64,000 bases of DNA from Amoeboaphelidium protococcarum X5 (taxonomy: Eukaryota > Fungi > Aphelidiomycota): contig JALDTO010000266.1 in NCBI GenBank assembly GCA_023515725.1, forward strand, positions 1,695,608 to 1,759,607, read 5' to 3'. The translations under genes were made by a program, and so were the position numbers. This document shows positions 63,401 through 64,000 of the stretch, in pieces. The notes under the pieces were generated by a model. The model ran no database searches and was not told the origin of the DNA. It was given only the letters and a program-made list of their open reading frames with translations. Numbering within the stretch: position 1 is the stretch's first letter; the number at the start of each line of letters is the position of its first letter.

Positions 63401-64000
63401 ATGGGACATATAAAGTTTACAGATTTTGGATTTGCCAAGTATTTGCGCAAACGGACGTTCACCTTTTGTGGCACTCCGCAGTATATGGCTCCTGAGATTA
63501 TCATAAATGCTGAACTGGGCAGGAGAGGACTTGGATATTCATTCGCTGTCGATTTCTACTCTCTCGGTATCCTGATATTTGAGATGCTCGTTGGTTAGAC
63601 TCCATTTCATGACCTCAATGTGAAAGATGTGTATAGAAAGATCCTGTACGGACAAGTTGAATTCCCGTGGTCGATGGATCCTGATGCCAAAGATTTGATT
63701 AGACTTCTATTAACAAAGAATCCTAGCAAACGGCTCGGTGTCAATGGCATTGAAGAGATCAAAAATCATAAATGGTTCTAGTCTATAAACTGGGAATAGC
63801 TTAGACGGCGAGAAATTGCTCCGCCCTTCATTCCAAGATTCACACATGCTGCTGATACTAGAAATTTCATACCATGGAAAAGTGGACAAAAGAATGTACG
63901 CGGCGATGAATATGATCAAGCAGGCTTGGACACCGCATGTAACCGCGATTAGGAAGATAGTAAGAAAGTGGCAGATGACGTTGGCCAATCTAGAGAAAAT
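60428..64000 (+). CDS. Fusion protein: N-terminal unknown domain + two Ser-less alpha/beta-hydrolase (Hydrolase_4/MAG-lipase-like) domains + PKA-like AGC kinase; 3'-truncated by window edge
   Basis: One TGA-free frame from ATG 60428 (MGNVNC) to the window end, linking track ORFs 60824, 61586, 62162, 63041 and 63401. Hydrolase 1 about 61100-61915 ([32 protein letters not shown]). Hydrolase 2 about 62080-62935 ([30 protein letters not shown]). Kinase [57 protein letters not shown]. Confidence 0.92.

Noticed and set aside
1-64000. Wholesale pseudogenisation or RNA editing as the explanation for in-frame TAA/TAG
   Set aside because: The codons fall at conserved Gln sites in essential genes and TGA is used consistently as the stop, so code reassignment is far more parsimonious.

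Overview
Gene-dense eukaryotic nuclear DNA that does not use the standard genetic code. TAA and TAG encode Gln and TGA is the only stop (translation table 6). The supplied ORF track is therefore mostly fragments and antisense noise. Re-read in table 6, the window holds about 30 intact genes with few, very short introns (48-85 nt). Fungal/opisthokont-type housekeeping genes: TMEM67, TTI1, PRP45, GBE1, PRE1, a nucleotide-sugar transporter, KHE1-like, LSM8, DPH5, NDUFAF3, UBE3D, RPL35, a DEAD-box helicase, BUR1/CDK9, SEY1, PFDN2, mtIF2, ZIP9, UBA4, REI1, glycogenin, cyclophilin B and PUS7. There is also an accessory stretch of decayed genes and probable MULE relics (about 6.1-14.9 kb) and a frameshifted Crinkler-type NTPase effector. 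A fungal-like gene set with UAR=Gln points to an aphelid such as the algal parasite Amoeboaphelidium protococcarum (inference). Most notable: (1) a single ORF fusing two tandem alpha/beta-hydrolase domains, both lacking the catalytic Ser, to a PKA-like kinase behind a predicted myristoylation site (candidate lipid-sensing kinase); (2) a plant-type XXT-like GT34 glycosyltransferase, a possible host-derived transfer; (3) strong over-representation of the palindrome ACGCGT, including inside exons; (4) a near-invariant TGTAG 3' splice site; (5) a caspase-fold protease with phased upstream repeats; (6) a membrane-anchored alpha-SNAP-like protein. All homology calls come from motif recognition by eye, not database searches.
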